Part shown: one piece after another, positions 32,708-42,156 of the stretch | Numbering within the stretch: the first letter of the stretch is position 1 | How the letters are laid out: each line of letters begins with the position of its first letter | DNA from: Dehalococcoidia bacterium | Lineage (GTDB): Bacteria > Chloroflexota > Dehalococcoidia > UBA2979 | Assembly: GCA_034406555.1 (NCBI GenBank) | Contig: DASCRM010000013.1 | Span: 1-59,299 of the forward strand | Direction of reading: 5' to 3' | DNA: 59,299 nt | Notes under the pieces: model-generated | Database searches by the model: none | What the model was told of the DNA's origin: nothing | The model's input: only the letters and a program-made list of their open reading frames with translations | Translations under genes and position numbers: made by a program

Positions 32708-33970
32708 GTGAGGGCGCTGGCGGATCGCCTTCCGTTCCACTACGCGTGGGTGATTCTCGTCGCCGGGATCTTCGGGAACGCGGCCTCGACCGGCGGCACG
32801 TTCTGGGTGATGGCGATCTACGTGCCCGCCGTCTCGGACGACTTCGGGATGCCCCGGTTCGGGGTCGTGTTGGCCTTCATGGTCGGGCAGACGCTGGCCG
32901 CCTTCGCCGGGCCGCTCGCCGGGCGGCTGATCGACCTCTACGGCGCGCGGCGGGCGCTGCTCACTTCCGGGTTCCTGCTGCCGTATGCGCTCTTCCTGAC
33001 CTCGTTTTCGACGGAGCTGTGGCAGCTGTTCCTCGGTTGGGGGCTGGCCAGCATCGCCCGCGCCTGGATGTTCCCGATCTCCTACAACTGGCTGATCACG
33101 CGCTGGTTCGAGGGGCGCCGACAGGCCGCGCTCGGCGTCGTCACCGTCGGCTTTGGCGTTGGCGGCGTGGCGCTGTGGCCGCTGGCAGCGATCGAGGAGC
33201 GCTGGGACTGGCGCGCTGTGATGCTGACGACGGCGGTCGTGATTCTGGTCGTCCACACACTTGCGGCGTGGGTGATCGTGCGCAACCGGCCCGACGAGCT
33301 GGGCCTGCGCCCGCAGGGGGCCGCCGAGGGTGATGCGCCGCTGCGAGACGAGGGCGGCTTCACCGCCTCGCAGGCAGTACGCACGATGACGTTCTGGCTG
33401 CTGGCGCCCGGCCTGATGTTCTTTTTCTCCGGTCAGGGCGCAGTGACGACGTTGGCGATCGATTTCTTCGAGAGCCGTGCCGTCGCGGGCGCAGCGACGA
33501 TCGTGGCGCTCACGGCGCTGGTGCGGACGATCGCCCGCCTGCCGTTCGGGCTAGCGCTCTCTCGCATCGATCGCGTCTTCGCGCTGTCGATGGTGGTGAC
33601 GTTCAGTCAGGCGATCGCGCTGCTCGCGCTGGTGGCGGTCGATACGCGGTCCGGCGTCATCGTCTACGTGCTGCTGTGGGGGATCGGCGGGGCCTTCGCA
33701 CCGATGCTGGAGCCACTGCTGGTGACCCGCGCGTTCGGGGTGCGCAATTTCGGTGCGGTCAGCGGGATGGTGGCGATGATCGCGTTCGGCGGGCAGATCT
33801 TCGGGCCGGTCGGTGGGGCGGCGCTGTTCGATGCCACCGGGTCGTACACGCTGGCGTACGTGCTGTTCGCCGCCGGTTTCCTCGTCTCGGTGATGCTGTT
33901 CGCTGGGGCCTGGCTGCGCATCCGCAGTCGCGCACATCGCGAGGCGGCTGAGCGGGCCGGGATGCGCTAG
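32708..33970 (+). CDS. MFS transporter
   Basis: About 12 hydrophobic segments, GRLIDLYGAR motif A. Confidence 0.92.
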   Translation: MRALADRLPFHYAWVILVAGIFGNAASTGGTFWVMAIYVPAVSDDFGMPRFGVVLAFMVGQTLAAFAGPLAGRLIDLYGARRALLTSGFLLPYALFLTSFSTELWQLFLGWGLASIARAWMFPISYNWLITRWFEGRRQAALGVVTVGFGVGGVALWPLAAIEERWDWRAVMLTTAVVILVVHTLAAWVIVRNRPDELGLRPQGAAEGDAPLRDEGGFTASQAVRTMTFWLLAPGLMFFFSGQGAVTTLAIDFFESRAVAGAATIVALTALVRTIARLPFGLALSRIDRVFALSMVVTFSQAIALLALVAVDTRSGVIVYVLLWGIGGAFAPMLEPLLVTRAFGVRNFGAVSGMVAMIAFGGQIFGPVGGAALFDATGSYTLAYVLFAAGFLVSVMLFAGAWLRIRSRAHREAAERAGMR

Positions 33971-34121
33971 GGCACGGCACGGCGGGGCGTTTGGTCGCGG
34001 CTGTGCCGCGTTGTGTCTTTTGGATTGGAGCCCAGCCACCCGCCCTTAGAACTCGAGGGATTCCCCTCCGTACCCCCCTGAACTGGGTGGATTTGGAGCT
34101 GGGCGCTTGGACTCGACGAGC

Positions 34122-34613
34122 CTATGGCGCCTCTGCGTCCGCCCCGGTGCCTTCGGCACCTTTGTCAGTGCCCTGGGCACCTTCGGCCTCCTCGGCGCCC
34201 TCGGGGCGGGTGAGTTCTTCTTCGAAGGCGTCGATGGCGGGGCGGAGGGGGGCCGGGGTGACGCCGCGAGCGGCTACGCGGCCAGCTTTTCCGGCCGCGC
34301 CTTTGATCTCATCCTGGTGCTCACGTGTGTAGTCGACGGCGTCCTTCGCCGCCCGTTCGATGTGCGGGAGGGCGGAGTCGGCTGCGGCCTTTGCGTTACG
34401 CGCGAGGCGCTCGACCTCCGGCTTCGCGGCGTCGGCGGCTTTGCGGACACGCTCCGCGGCGTCGTGGGCCGCGCGCTCGGCCTCGGGGCGGCGCTCCTCG
34501 GCTTCGCGTTGCAGGCGACGCGCGGCGCGTGCCGCACCGCGGGCGAAGCGACCGAGCAGGCCGCCTTCGCTGTCTCCGGTTGCGTTGTCAGGCTTCGCCG
34601 GTTCTTCCGACAT
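34122..34613 (-). CDS. Hypothetical Ala/Glu/Arg-rich helical protein
   Basis: Imperfect repeats (PEAERAAHDA / PEVERLARNA / PHIERAAKDA); co-oriented with upstream genes. Confidence 0.7.
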   Translation of the reverse strand: MSEEPAKPDNATGDSEGGLLGRFARGAARAARRLQREAEERRPEAERAAHDAAERVRKAADAAKPEVERLARNAKAAADSALPHIERAAKDAVDYTREHQDEIKGAAGKAGRVAARGVTPAPLRPAIDAFEEELTRPEGAEEAEGAQGTDKGAEGTGADAEAP

Positions 34614-34634
34614 TTGGGCCGCCTCGCGCTATGG

Positions 34635-34952
34635 CTAGTCGCTCTGCGCCTTCTCGATGGCGCGCACGATCATGCCCTTGTCGGGCACGGGCAGCCAGCC
34701 GGAGGGCGAGTTGTAGTAGCGGCAGTTGGGGCTGGTCTCCGGCGGCTCGCGGTCGGCGTGTTCGACATCCAGGCCATCGACGCGGATGGTCGGCGAGCCG
34801 ATCACCTTCGCGTTGTGCGCTTCCTCGTCGGTGCGTACCTGGATCTCCTCGACCTCGACGTCCACGCCGGTCTCGGCGATCGCCTCCTGGAGGACCTCGC
34901 GCGCCTGGTCGTGGTGGGAACAGCTCTCGGTGAGCATGAGCACAATGTTCAC
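34635..34952 (-). CDS. Small thioredoxin-fold protein (DUF2703-like)
   Basis: N-terminal C, GSPTIRVDG.D, CRYY. Confidence 0.75.
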   Translation of the reverse strand: MNIVLMLTESCSHHDQAREVLQEAIAETGVDVEVEEIQVRTDEEAHNAKVIGSPTIRVDGLDVEHADREPPETSPNCRYYNSPSGWLPVPDKGMIVRAIEKAQSD

Positions 34953-35027
34953 GGGGTACTTCCTCGTCGGTTCGTCGCTCGCGCGGGCGTCATGATGCCA
35001 GTTCCGCGGGGGTTCTGCCTAGGGCGC

Positions 35028-35534
35028 TCACTGGCGGTTCGTGCGCCACTCGCGCCAGGCCGTGAGGATCGCGGGGTCGTGAGGGAAGGCCAGTTCCGGC
35101 AGTTCGTCGGGCGCAAAGAGGCCGACCTCCATCACCTCCTCGTCTCCTGCGCCAGGCTCGCCGGCGGTGGCGGTACCGGCGAAGGCGACGAAGATGGTGG
35201 TCTCGCCGGCGGTGCTGTAGATGCCGAGCAGGCGGTCGATCGTGACCTCCACGCGTGTCTCCTCGCGCACCTCCCGCGCCGCCGCTTCCTCGACGACCTC
35301 GCCCGCGTCGACGAATCCGGAGGGGAACGACCAGCGGCTGTAGGCGGGCTCGTGGTTACGGCGCACGAGCAGCACTTTGCCCTCGTACTCCACGACCACG
35401 CCGGTGGCGACCTTCGGGTCCCACCACTGCACGAAGTCGCACTTCCCGCACATCGGGTTGCCGTGGGGGCCGCCGGTCGGATCCATAGGCCCGCTACAGC
35501 GAGGGCAAAACTTGAAAGGCTCGATCGTGGCCAT
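35028..35534 (-). CDS. NUDIX hydrolase with N-terminal Zn ribbon
   Basis: FCPRC..CGKC; GFVDAGE..EEAAAREVREET. Confidence 0.92.
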   Translation of the reverse strand: MATIEPFKFCPRCSGPMDPTGGPHGNPMCGKCDFVQWWDPKVATGVVVEYEGKVLLVRRNHEPAYSRWSFPSGFVDAGEVVEEAAAREVREETRVEVTIDRLLGIYSTAGETTIFVAFAGTATAGEPGAGDEEVMEVGLFAPDELPELAFPHDPAILTAWREWRTNRQ

Positions 35535-35571
35535 CTGTACCTCGGCGTCGGTCTGTGCGGTGAGCGGCTGG

Positions 35572-36324
35572 TTAGCGGAAGAGCACGATACGGCGGAAGC
35601 GTTCGAGGTAGCGTCCGTCCTCGTTACGTGAGCGGTCGCGGAAGAACGTGATGAACTCTTCGTCGCCGGAGAACTGGCTCTCGTGCGCGATCAGGGCAGC
35701 GAGCTTGGTGTCGATCACCTCGGAGATGTCGAGGTCGAAGGTGGGGCTGTTCGCGCCCCAGAGGTAGAACTCACGCACCTTGTGCGTCTCAAGCCCCTCG
35801 TCCAAGTGCTCCGGGAAGTTGAGGCGGTCACGGGCCGTCGGGTAAACAGCATCGACGGTGGCGAGCCCGGTGATGCGGTGGTCGCTGTGGTTGACGAAGC
35901 CCTCGCTGATGATCACAGGCTCCGGATCATGGGTGTAGACCGCGAAGGGCTGGAACTCGCGAATCTCGCGGGTGATCGCGCCCAGCAGTTCGCGCGAGTA
36001 GACGAGTTCGCCGTCCGTGAAACCGAGGAAGCGCACATCCTCGACGCCCAGCAGGTCGCCAGCGGCTCGCTGCTCGCGTTCGCGCGTCTCGATCAGCGTC
36101 GCCGGGGTGAACTTGGGGTCGTCCGAGCCCTTCGAGCCATCAGTGACGACGACATATCGCACCTCCCAGCCGGACTGCGCGAGCAGGGCGGCGGTGCCGG
36201 CCGCGCCGAAATCGGCATCGTCCGGGTGGGCGGCGACCACCATCGCGCGGCGCAGTTCGCCCTCGGAGTCGTCCGGCTCGCCCGGGTGCTCCTTGCCGAA
36301 GAGGTCCTCGAGTCCGGTCGCCAT
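35572..36324 (-). CDS. PIG-L/MshB-family deacetylase
   Basis: AHPDD, R..EQ.AA, HSDH, HESQF. Confidence 0.9.
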   Translation of the reverse strand: MATGLEDLFGKEHPGEPDDSEGELRRAMVVAAHPDDADFGAAGTAALLAQSGWEVRYVVVTDGSKGSDDPKFTPATLIETREREQRAAGDLLGVEDVRFLGFTDGELVYSRELLGAITREIREFQPFAVYTHDPEPVIISEGFVNHSDHRITGLATVDAVYPTARDRLNFPEHLDEGLETHKVREFYLWGANSPTFDLDISEVIDTKLAALIAHESQFSGDEEFITFFRDRSRNEDGRYLERFRRIVLFR

Positions 36325-36489
36325 GCTTGATCATCCCTCGCCGCGGCCCCCGCGAGCCTCGACTACCGTGCCGTTCGCAGTGCGGGGCAGCGTATCGCAC
36401 CGCCGTACCGCGTGGGTGATGGCGAAGCGCCTGCGACCGCGCGAAGACCTTCGGGTGCGGCGAAGCCTTAGGAGGGTGCCCGCGGCACC

Positions 36490-36536
36490 TTGACGCACAG
36501 ATGTGCGGATGGATAACCTGAACAGAACATATGTAC
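36490..36536 (+). promoter_or_regulatory. lexA promoter with SOS box(es)
   Basis: TTGACG-18-TAACCT; GAAC-ATAT-GTAC at 36525-36536; weaker GCAC-AGAT-GTGC at 36495-36506. Confidence 0.7.
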
Positions 36537-36632
36537 CGCCTGTGAGCGGTGCGTGACTGAACTGAGGACGACCTGGCGGTGGGTTTCACGAGATGACGGC
36601 CCCGGGAGGGGCGATCTCACAAGGGGATAACG

Positions 36633-37271
36633 ATGGCAGACGACCTTTCGGCGAAACAGCAGGGCATCCTCGACTTCCTGCGGGGGTTCATCGAGGACAA
36701 GACTTACCCACCCTCGATCCGCGACATCCAGGCGGGGTGCAGCATCTCCTCGACCTCGGTCGTGGACTACAACCTCAAGCGGTTGGAAGAGAAGGGCTAC
36801 ATCCGCCGCGACCGCGAAGTCTCGCGCGCGATTGAGCTGACCGCAGCCGGTGGCCGCCGAGCGGTCGCCGTGCGCGTCCCGATCGTCGGCAAGATCGCCG
36901 CGGGTTCGCCGATCCCGATGCCCGTGGAGTCGATGGCGCTCGACGCCTACGACGAGTTCGTGGAGGTGACGGACGGCCAGACCGGGGGGCGCGACAACGT
37001 CTTCGCGCTGCGGGTCAAGGGTGAGTCGATGATCGACGCCCTGATCAACGATGGCGACATCGTGCTTATGGAGGCGACGAAGTCGTTCCAGGACGGCGGC
37101 GTCTTCGCTGTCTGGCTGAAGGACGAGAACGAGACCACGCTGAAGAAGGTCTTCCGCGAAGGTGACCGGGTGCGGCTGCAGCCGATGAACACCGAGATGG
37201 AGGCGTTCTACACCGCCGCCGAAAACATCGAGGTGCAGGGGCGCGTACTGGGCTCAATCCGCAGTTGGTAG
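36633..37271 (+). CDS. lexA: SOS repressor LexA
   Basis: YPPSIRDI, ISSTSVV, IAAG cleavage site, GESM (Ser), TLKK (Lys). Confidence 0.96.
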   Translation: MADDLSAKQQGILDFLRGFIEDKTYPPSIRDIQAGCSISSTSVVDYNLKRLEEKGYIRRDREVSRAIELTAAGGRRAVAVRVPIVGKIAAGSPIPMPVESMALDAYDEFVEVTDGQTGGRDNVFALRVKGESMIDALINDGDIVLMEATKSFQDGGVFAVWLKDENETTLKKVFREGDRVRLQPMNTEMEAFYTAAENIEVQGRVLGSIRSW

Positions 37272-37364
37272 CCTGAGCCCCTAGCAAAGCTGGATCCGCG
37301 TGAGTGGGTCTGGCGACGTGATCCCCTGATAATCTGACGGCTCCCACCCCGCTGGAGGTGTACT

Positions 37365-38387
37365 GTCAGTAGTGCCCGTCCTGAGTCCCCGGAGAGTGGC
37401 GGCGACGCCGCACCAATTCTGACCGTGCGTTCGCTCTTCGTCTCGTACAAGGGGCGGGACAGCTCGGTCGATGCGGTGCGTGGTCTCGACCTCGACCTGC
37501 ATCGAGGGGAAGCCGTCGCTCTCGTCGGTGAGTCGGCAGCCGGGAAGTCGACCGCGGCGCTCGCGATCCTGCAGATCCTGCCCGGCAATGCGGAATCGAG
37601 CGGCGAGATCGTCTTCGATGGCTTGACGATGAACGAGGCGACCGAACCTGAGCTGCGGCACGTACGCGGCGACGAGATCTCGATCATCTTTCAGGATGCG
37701 CAGTCCGCGCTGACGCCGACGATGAGCGTGGGTCACCAGATGGCCGAGCTGTTCCGCGAGCACCGCAACATGCGCCAGGACGAGGCGGAGCTGGCCGCCG
37801 TCGAGGTGCTGCGCAAGGTCCTGCCCGACCCTGTACAGGTGGCGCGCTCCTACCCCTTTCAGCTCTCCGGCGGGATGGCGCAGCGGGCGCTGATCGCGAT
37901 GGCGATGGCGCTGGACCCCGCGGTCGTGATCGCCGACGAGCCGACATCGAGCCTCGATGCCAGCGTGCGCCAGGAGATGCTGGACTGGCTCGAGCAGATG
38001 CGCGACGACCGCGATGTCGCGGTGCTACTGATCACCCACGACCTGGGCATCGTCGCGCGATTCGCCGACCGCGTGGCGGTGATGTACGCGGGCGAGATCG
38101 TGGAGAGCGCGGACGTACGCACGATCTTTCGCGAGCCGAAGCACCCGTACACGTTCGGCCTGCTGCAGAGCGTGCCGACGCTCACCGGCGAGCGGGGCAG
38201 GCGGCTGCCGGTGATGACGGGGCAGCCGCCTGATCTGAGCGACCTGCCGCCGCAGTGCCCGTTCCTGCCTCGCTGCAACAAGGCGACCTCGTGCTGCCGC
38301 ACGGACGCCGCACCCGTGCTGGAGGCGACCGGCGAGGGTGGGCTCGTGGCGTGCTACAACCCGATCGTGGTGCCCGTCGCCGGGTAG
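37365..38387 (+). CDS. Oligopeptide/dipeptide ABC ATP-binding protein (OppD-like)
   Basis: GESAAGKST, LSGGMAQR, ADEPT, HPYT, C-terminal Cys cluster; start uncertain (GTC 37365 after GGAGGTG or GTG 37425). Confidence 0.9.
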   Translation, partial: VSSARPESPESGGDAAPILTVRSLFVSYKGRDSSVDAVRGLDLDLHRGEAVALVGESAAGKSTAALAILQILPGNAESSGEIVFDGLTMNEATEPELRHVRGDEISIIFQDAQSALTPTMSVGHQMAELFREHRNMRQDEAELAAVEVLRKVLPDPVQVARSYPFQLSGGMAQRALIAMAMALDPAVVIADEPTSSLDASVRQEMLDWLEQMRDDRDVAVLLITHDLGIVARFADRVAVMYAGEIVESADVRTIFREPKHPYTFGLLQSVPTLTGERGRRLPVMTGQPPDLSDLPPQCPFLPRCNKATSCCRTDAAPVLEATGEGGLVACYNPIVVPVAG

Positions 38388-38417
38388 CGAGGTCGCGGAT
38401 CGCCGCTGCTGCGACGG

Positions 38418-39476
38418 TTAGCGTGCGGGAGCAGCGCGGCGCTGGGTGAGCGAAGCGAGGCGCATCACCAGCAGTTCGAGCGCGAGCACCTCGCTCGTCT
38501 TGCCGGTCTTCACGTCGTTGTCGGAGCGTTCGATCTCGCGCAGGGCCTGCTCGGCCGCGCGTCGGTTCGTCGAGCGCGCCTGCCGCAGCAGCTTGTCGAG
38601 CGGATACTTGGCGCGTACGCCGGTTGCGTCCATCACCGCAGAACGGTCCGCGCCCTGCTCCAGCAGCTCGGTCGCGCGCACGAGGTGCCGAACCTGTCGA
38701 GCGATCATCCCCTGGATGCGGACCGGAGTGTAGGTGCCCTGTTCGAGCATCTTGCGGATCAGCAGCAGGGCGTGCGCCGAGCGCCCCTCCACGACAGAGT
38801 CGACGACGTCGAAGATGCCCTCCTCGCTCGCCTCCGGCGTGAGTAGTCGCACGTCGTCACGGGTGACCGCGCGCACGCCCGCGTACTGCCCGAGCTTCGC
38901 GATCTCGGAGGCGAGGATCCGAAGGTTCGCGCCAACCAGCTCCACCAGTTCCGAGAGCGCGGCCGGCTCAATCTGGATGCCGGTGCTGGCGGCGCGCTGG
39001 CGCGCCCACTCGCCGACCGGGCTCTCGCTCTCGTTGTATCGCGCGTAGGCACGGAGTTCCGGGAAGTCCTGCACGTCCGCGCCCTCGATCTCTCGCAGTG
39101 CGCCGAGCAGGGCGGAGCGGCCGAAGCTGCGTGCGCGGTCCGCGCCGAGCGGTTCGAGCAAGACGAGGTGGTTCGCGGGCGGCAGGTCGGGCAGCAGCTC
39201 GAGCAGCGGTTCCCATGTGCGCACGACCGCCTGCCCGCCGGCGAGCGAGCTGAGCAGGCCTTCGACGACCACGATGCGCGCCTCCGCGAGGAAGGGGAGG
39301 GCCGTGGCGTGCTGGATCAGCTCGGCGGGCTTCAGGCCTCGCCCCGCGAGCTCGGTCGTGTTCGTGGCGAGCAGACCGTCGGTGTCGAGTGCCGTGCGGA
39401 GATCGTCGTACGCCTCGCGCAACGAGAAGTCGTCGCGGCCGTAGTAGAGGTGCAGTCGGGCGGTCGTGTCAGCCAT
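38418..39476 (-). CDS. holA: DNA polymerase III delta subunit
   Basis: LYYG.D.F, LPFLAE.R.VVV, G.NL..L.SEI.KL, IF.VVD, D..VKTG. Confidence 0.85.
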   Translation of the reverse strand: MADTTARLHLYYGRDDFSLREAYDDLRTALDTDGLLATNTTELAGRGLKPAELIQHATALPFLAEARIVVVEGLLSSLAGGQAVVRTWEPLLELLPDLPPANHLVLLEPLGADRARSFGRSALLGALREIEGADVQDFPELRAYARYNESESPVGEWARQRAASTGIQIEPAALSELVELVGANLRILASEIAKLGQYAGVRAVTRDDVRLLTPEASEEGIFDVVDSVVEGRSAHALLLIRKMLEQGTYTPVRIQGMIARQVRHLVRATELLEQGADRSAVMDATGVRAKYPLDKLLRQARSTNRRAAEQALREIERSDNDVKTGKTSEVLALELLVMRLASLTQRRAAPAR

Positions 39477-39485
39477 CGAGCGACC

Positions 39486-39770
39486 TCAATCGATGTCCAG
39501 CTGCCAACCGAGGAAGGTGGCGATCGTGACGAGCACGAAGATACCCGCTCCCGGCCACAGCAGCGTATCGAGGAACAGTGAGCTGCCGCCCATGACGCCC
39601 TCGTAGGCGGCCCAGCCACCCGCGACGGCGAGCCCCGGCAGCGGCACCCACCACGGCAGACGAGGGTCCTTATCGTCAACCAGCGCCTTGCGGGCAACGT
39701 CGCGAGCGCCGGGTAGTGAGCGTGCTCGCTCGTCCGTGCTCTCGCTGTTGGTCGTGTCGCCGTCCGCCAT
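39486..39770 (-). CDS. Small hypothetical membrane protein
   Basis: Two hydrophobic segments, ends FLGWQLDID; tightly spaced with holA. Confidence 0.7.
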   Translation of the reverse strand: MADGDTTNSESTDERARSLPGARDVARKALVDDKDPRLPWWVPLPGLAVAGGWAAYEGVMGGSSLFLDTLLWPGAGIFVLVTIATFLGWQLDID

Positions 39771-39819
39771 GGCGCGATCCTACGGCCGTGGAGCAGCCGT
39801 CGCCAGCGATCGGCGACGG

Positions 39820-40599
39820 CTAGAGGAAGAGGTCGTTCTCGCGGACGCGCACGAGCTCTTCGGACGAGCCCTCACCGGGCGTGTAGTCGAAGCCGCGGAT
39901 GATCGCGACCGGGATGGCGTCCAGCTTGCCCATCACCAGCTCAGAGGTCGCCGCGAGTTCATCCGCGACGCAGATCGTGGTCACATGCAGCTCGCGCCCG
40001 TCCATGTCCGGCATGCCAACGTAGGAGCGCATCGGCTCGAACCCGGCGACGCCGATCGCGATGTTCGTGTGCCCCTCGCGCCACGGCCGGCCGAAGGTGT
40101 CGGTCATCAGCACGGCCACCTCGATGCCCAGCTGTTCGCGGACGGTGACGCGGATGCGTTCGCAGGAAGCATCGGGATCGACCGGCAGCAGGCAGATGAT
40201 CTCGCCCGGGCCGACGTTCGAGCCGTCGATGCCGGCGTTCGCGCAGATGAAGCCGTGGCGTGTCTGCGTGATCAGGATGCCGCCGACCTGTCGCACGACG
40301 CGGATCGACTCCTGCAGGACCGCCTCCACCAGCCGCGGGTCCTTCTCCATGCGCTGCGCGTAGTCCAGCGCAAAGGGGCTCGGGTCGTAGCTGTTCAGCG
40401 GCACGATCTGCCCCTCCGCCTTGGAGGCGATGCGCTGCGTCACTGCCAGCACGTCGCCATCTTCTAGCGGCGTGCCCTGCTCGGCGGCGGCATCGATCAT
40501 CTGGTGCGCGATGTCGTCGCCTTCCTCTACCAGCGGGATGCCGGTGATGCCGATCACGCGAAAGTCGGTGAGCTTCGTCGCGGTGCCATCGTTGCTCAT
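39820..40599 (-). CDS. cofE: Coenzyme F420-0:L-glutamate ligase
   Basis: P.V..GDD, SKAEG, ANAGID.SN, DTFGRPWREG, ADELAA. Confidence 0.95.
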   Translation of the reverse strand: MSNDGTATKLTDFRVIGITGIPLVEEGDDIAHQMIDAAAEQGTPLEDGDVLAVTQRIASKAEGQIVPLNSYDPSPFALDYAQRMEKDPRLVEAVLQESIRVVRQVGGILITQTRHGFICANAGIDGSNVGPGEIICLLPVDPDASCERIRVTVREQLGIEVAVLMTDTFGRPWREGHTNIAIGVAGFEPMRSYVGMPDMDGRELHVTTICVADELAATSELVMGKLDAIPVAIIRGFDYTPGEGSSEELVRVRENDLFL

Positions 40600-41267
40600 C
40601 AGTCGCCTCCGGGAAGTCCGACGATGCGTACGCCGGTGTGTGCGTTGTAGCGGCCGTTGATGCCGACCAGCAACAGCGTGATTTGTTCAACTAAGCGTGA
40701 GAATCGCAGCGGCCCGGCATCGACCGCACGCACGCCATCGATCTGTTCCGCGAGCGCGCAGACGAGGCGTTTCGCGTCGGCATCGTTGCCGGTCACGAGC
40801 ACATCGCCGTCGATCGCCGCCGTCGGATCGAGCAGCCCTCGCGCCGGCAGTGTATGAAAGGCGCCGACGACGCGTGAGTCGGGCAGCAGGCTCGCCGCTT
40901 CCTCGGTGGCCGAGCTCGCTGCGACATCGACGAGCCGCGGGCCGCGTGCGAAGCGAATCGGTACGACGGCATCGACCACGGTCTTGCCGGCGAGCGCCTC
41001 GCGAAGCGACTCGATCGTGCTGGCATGGCCATCGTAGGGGACGGTGATCACGACGACCTCCGCTGCCGCGACCGCCTCCGCGTTGGTCGTGCCGGAGAGG
41101 GACTCGCTGTGGCCGGGGACGCACTCCGCGACGGCGATCGCAGCCGCCGCTCCACGTTCGGCCTGGCGACTGCCGATGATCACGCGATGGCCGGCGAGCG
41201 CGAAGCGAGTCGCGAGGCCCCGCCCCTCTGGACCGGTTCCGCCAACGAGCGCGATCGTGTGGGTCAT
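40599..41267 (-). CDS. npdG: F420-dependent NADP oxidoreductase
   Basis: GGTGPEGRGLA, IGSR, VVGAFHT, DAGPL, IN..Y; adjacent to cofE. Confidence 0.9.
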   Translation of the reverse strand: MTHTIALVGGTGPEGRGLATRFALAGHRVIIGSRQAERGAAAAIAVAECVPGHSESLSGTTNAEAVAAAEVVVITVPYDGHASTIESLREALAGKTVVDAVVPIRFARGPRLVDVAASSATEEAASLLPDSRVVGAFHTLPARGLLDPTAAIDGDVLVTGNDADAKRLVCALAEQIDGVRAVDAGPLRFSRLVEQITLLLVGINGRYNAHTGVRIVGLPGGD

Positions 41268-41388
41268 CGTTCGCAGTCCCCTCGGACCGCCCGACCGGGC
41301 GCGCGAGCGCCGTACAATCGAAACGGTCTGCGAAGCCTACGCGTGGGCTCGCAGCGCCATCAACCAGCGTCGCTCACGAGGTTCCCCC

Positions 41389-42156
41389 ATCACTACCACC
41401 CAGGCCCCGCCCGCAGTCCACGTCGAAGGCCTCACCCACGAGTACCACGCGGGCGCGGGGCCCGTGCTCGCGCTCGACGGCATCGACCTCACGATCGGCG
41501 ATGGGGAGTTCGTCGCGCTGGTCGGGCCGAGCGGGTGCGGCAAGTCGACGCTGCTGCGCATCCTCGCCGGGCTGATCGAGCCCTCGGCCGGCAGCGCGCA
41601 CGTCCATGGCGAGGAGCCACAGCCGGCCCGCCGCTCGCACGCCATCGGGCTGGTGACACAGGATCCCGGACTGCTGCCGTGGCGCACGGTGGAAGGCAAC
41701 GTCGCGCTGCCGCTGGAGGTGACGGGCGCCTCCGCGGACATCCTGGCGCTGCTGGGACGCGTCGGCATCGCCGACTTCGCCGCGTACCACCCTCGCGAGC
41801 TGTCCGGCGGGATGCGGCAGCGGGTCGCACTGGCGCGGGCGCTGGCGCACGGGCCGCAACTGCTGCTGATGGACGAGCCATTCGGTTCACTCGACGAGTT
41901 CTCACGCGAGGAGATGGGGCTGGAGCTGCTGCGCATCTGGGAGCGCGACCGCATCTCCGTGCTGTTTGTGACGCACTCGATCCGCGAGGCGGTGCTGCTC
42001 GCCGACCGTGTGCTGGTGATGAGCCCGCAGCCCGGCCGCATCGTTGCCGACCTGGCGATCACGCTCGACCGTCCGCGGTCGCAGGAACTCGATCAGACCT
42101 CGCAGTTCGCCGAACTGGTGCTGGCGACGCGGGGCGCGATGGGAGGCCGCCCGTGA
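41389..42156 (+). CDS. ABC ATP-binding protein (NitT/TauT family)
   Basis: GPSGCGKST, LLPWRTV, LSGGMRQR, MDEPF, VTHS; apparent ATC start after GAGGT. Confidence 0.92.
   Translation: MTTTQAPPAVHVEGLTHEYHAGAGPVLALDGIDLTIGDGEFVALVGPSGCGKSTLLRILAGLIEPSAGSAHVHGEEPQPARRSHAIGLVTQDPGLLPWRTVEGNVALPLEVTGASADILALLGRVGIADFAAYHPRELSGGMRQRVALARALAHGPQLLLMDEPFGSLDEFSREEMGLELLRIWERDRISVLFVTHSIREAVLLADRVLVMSPQPGRIVADLAITLDRPRSQELDQTSQFAELVLATRGAMGGRP

Noticed and set aside
34635-34952. Second selenoprotein in the thioredoxin-fold gene
   Set aside because: Both candidate redox positions are encoded as TGC Cys; there is no in-frame TGA.
41270-41388. TPP riboswitch ahead of the NMT1/THI5-like ABC transporter
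   Set aside because: No CTGAGA or CTGAT..TAAT..GCG..GG core, so thiamine-precursor specificity is unsupported.
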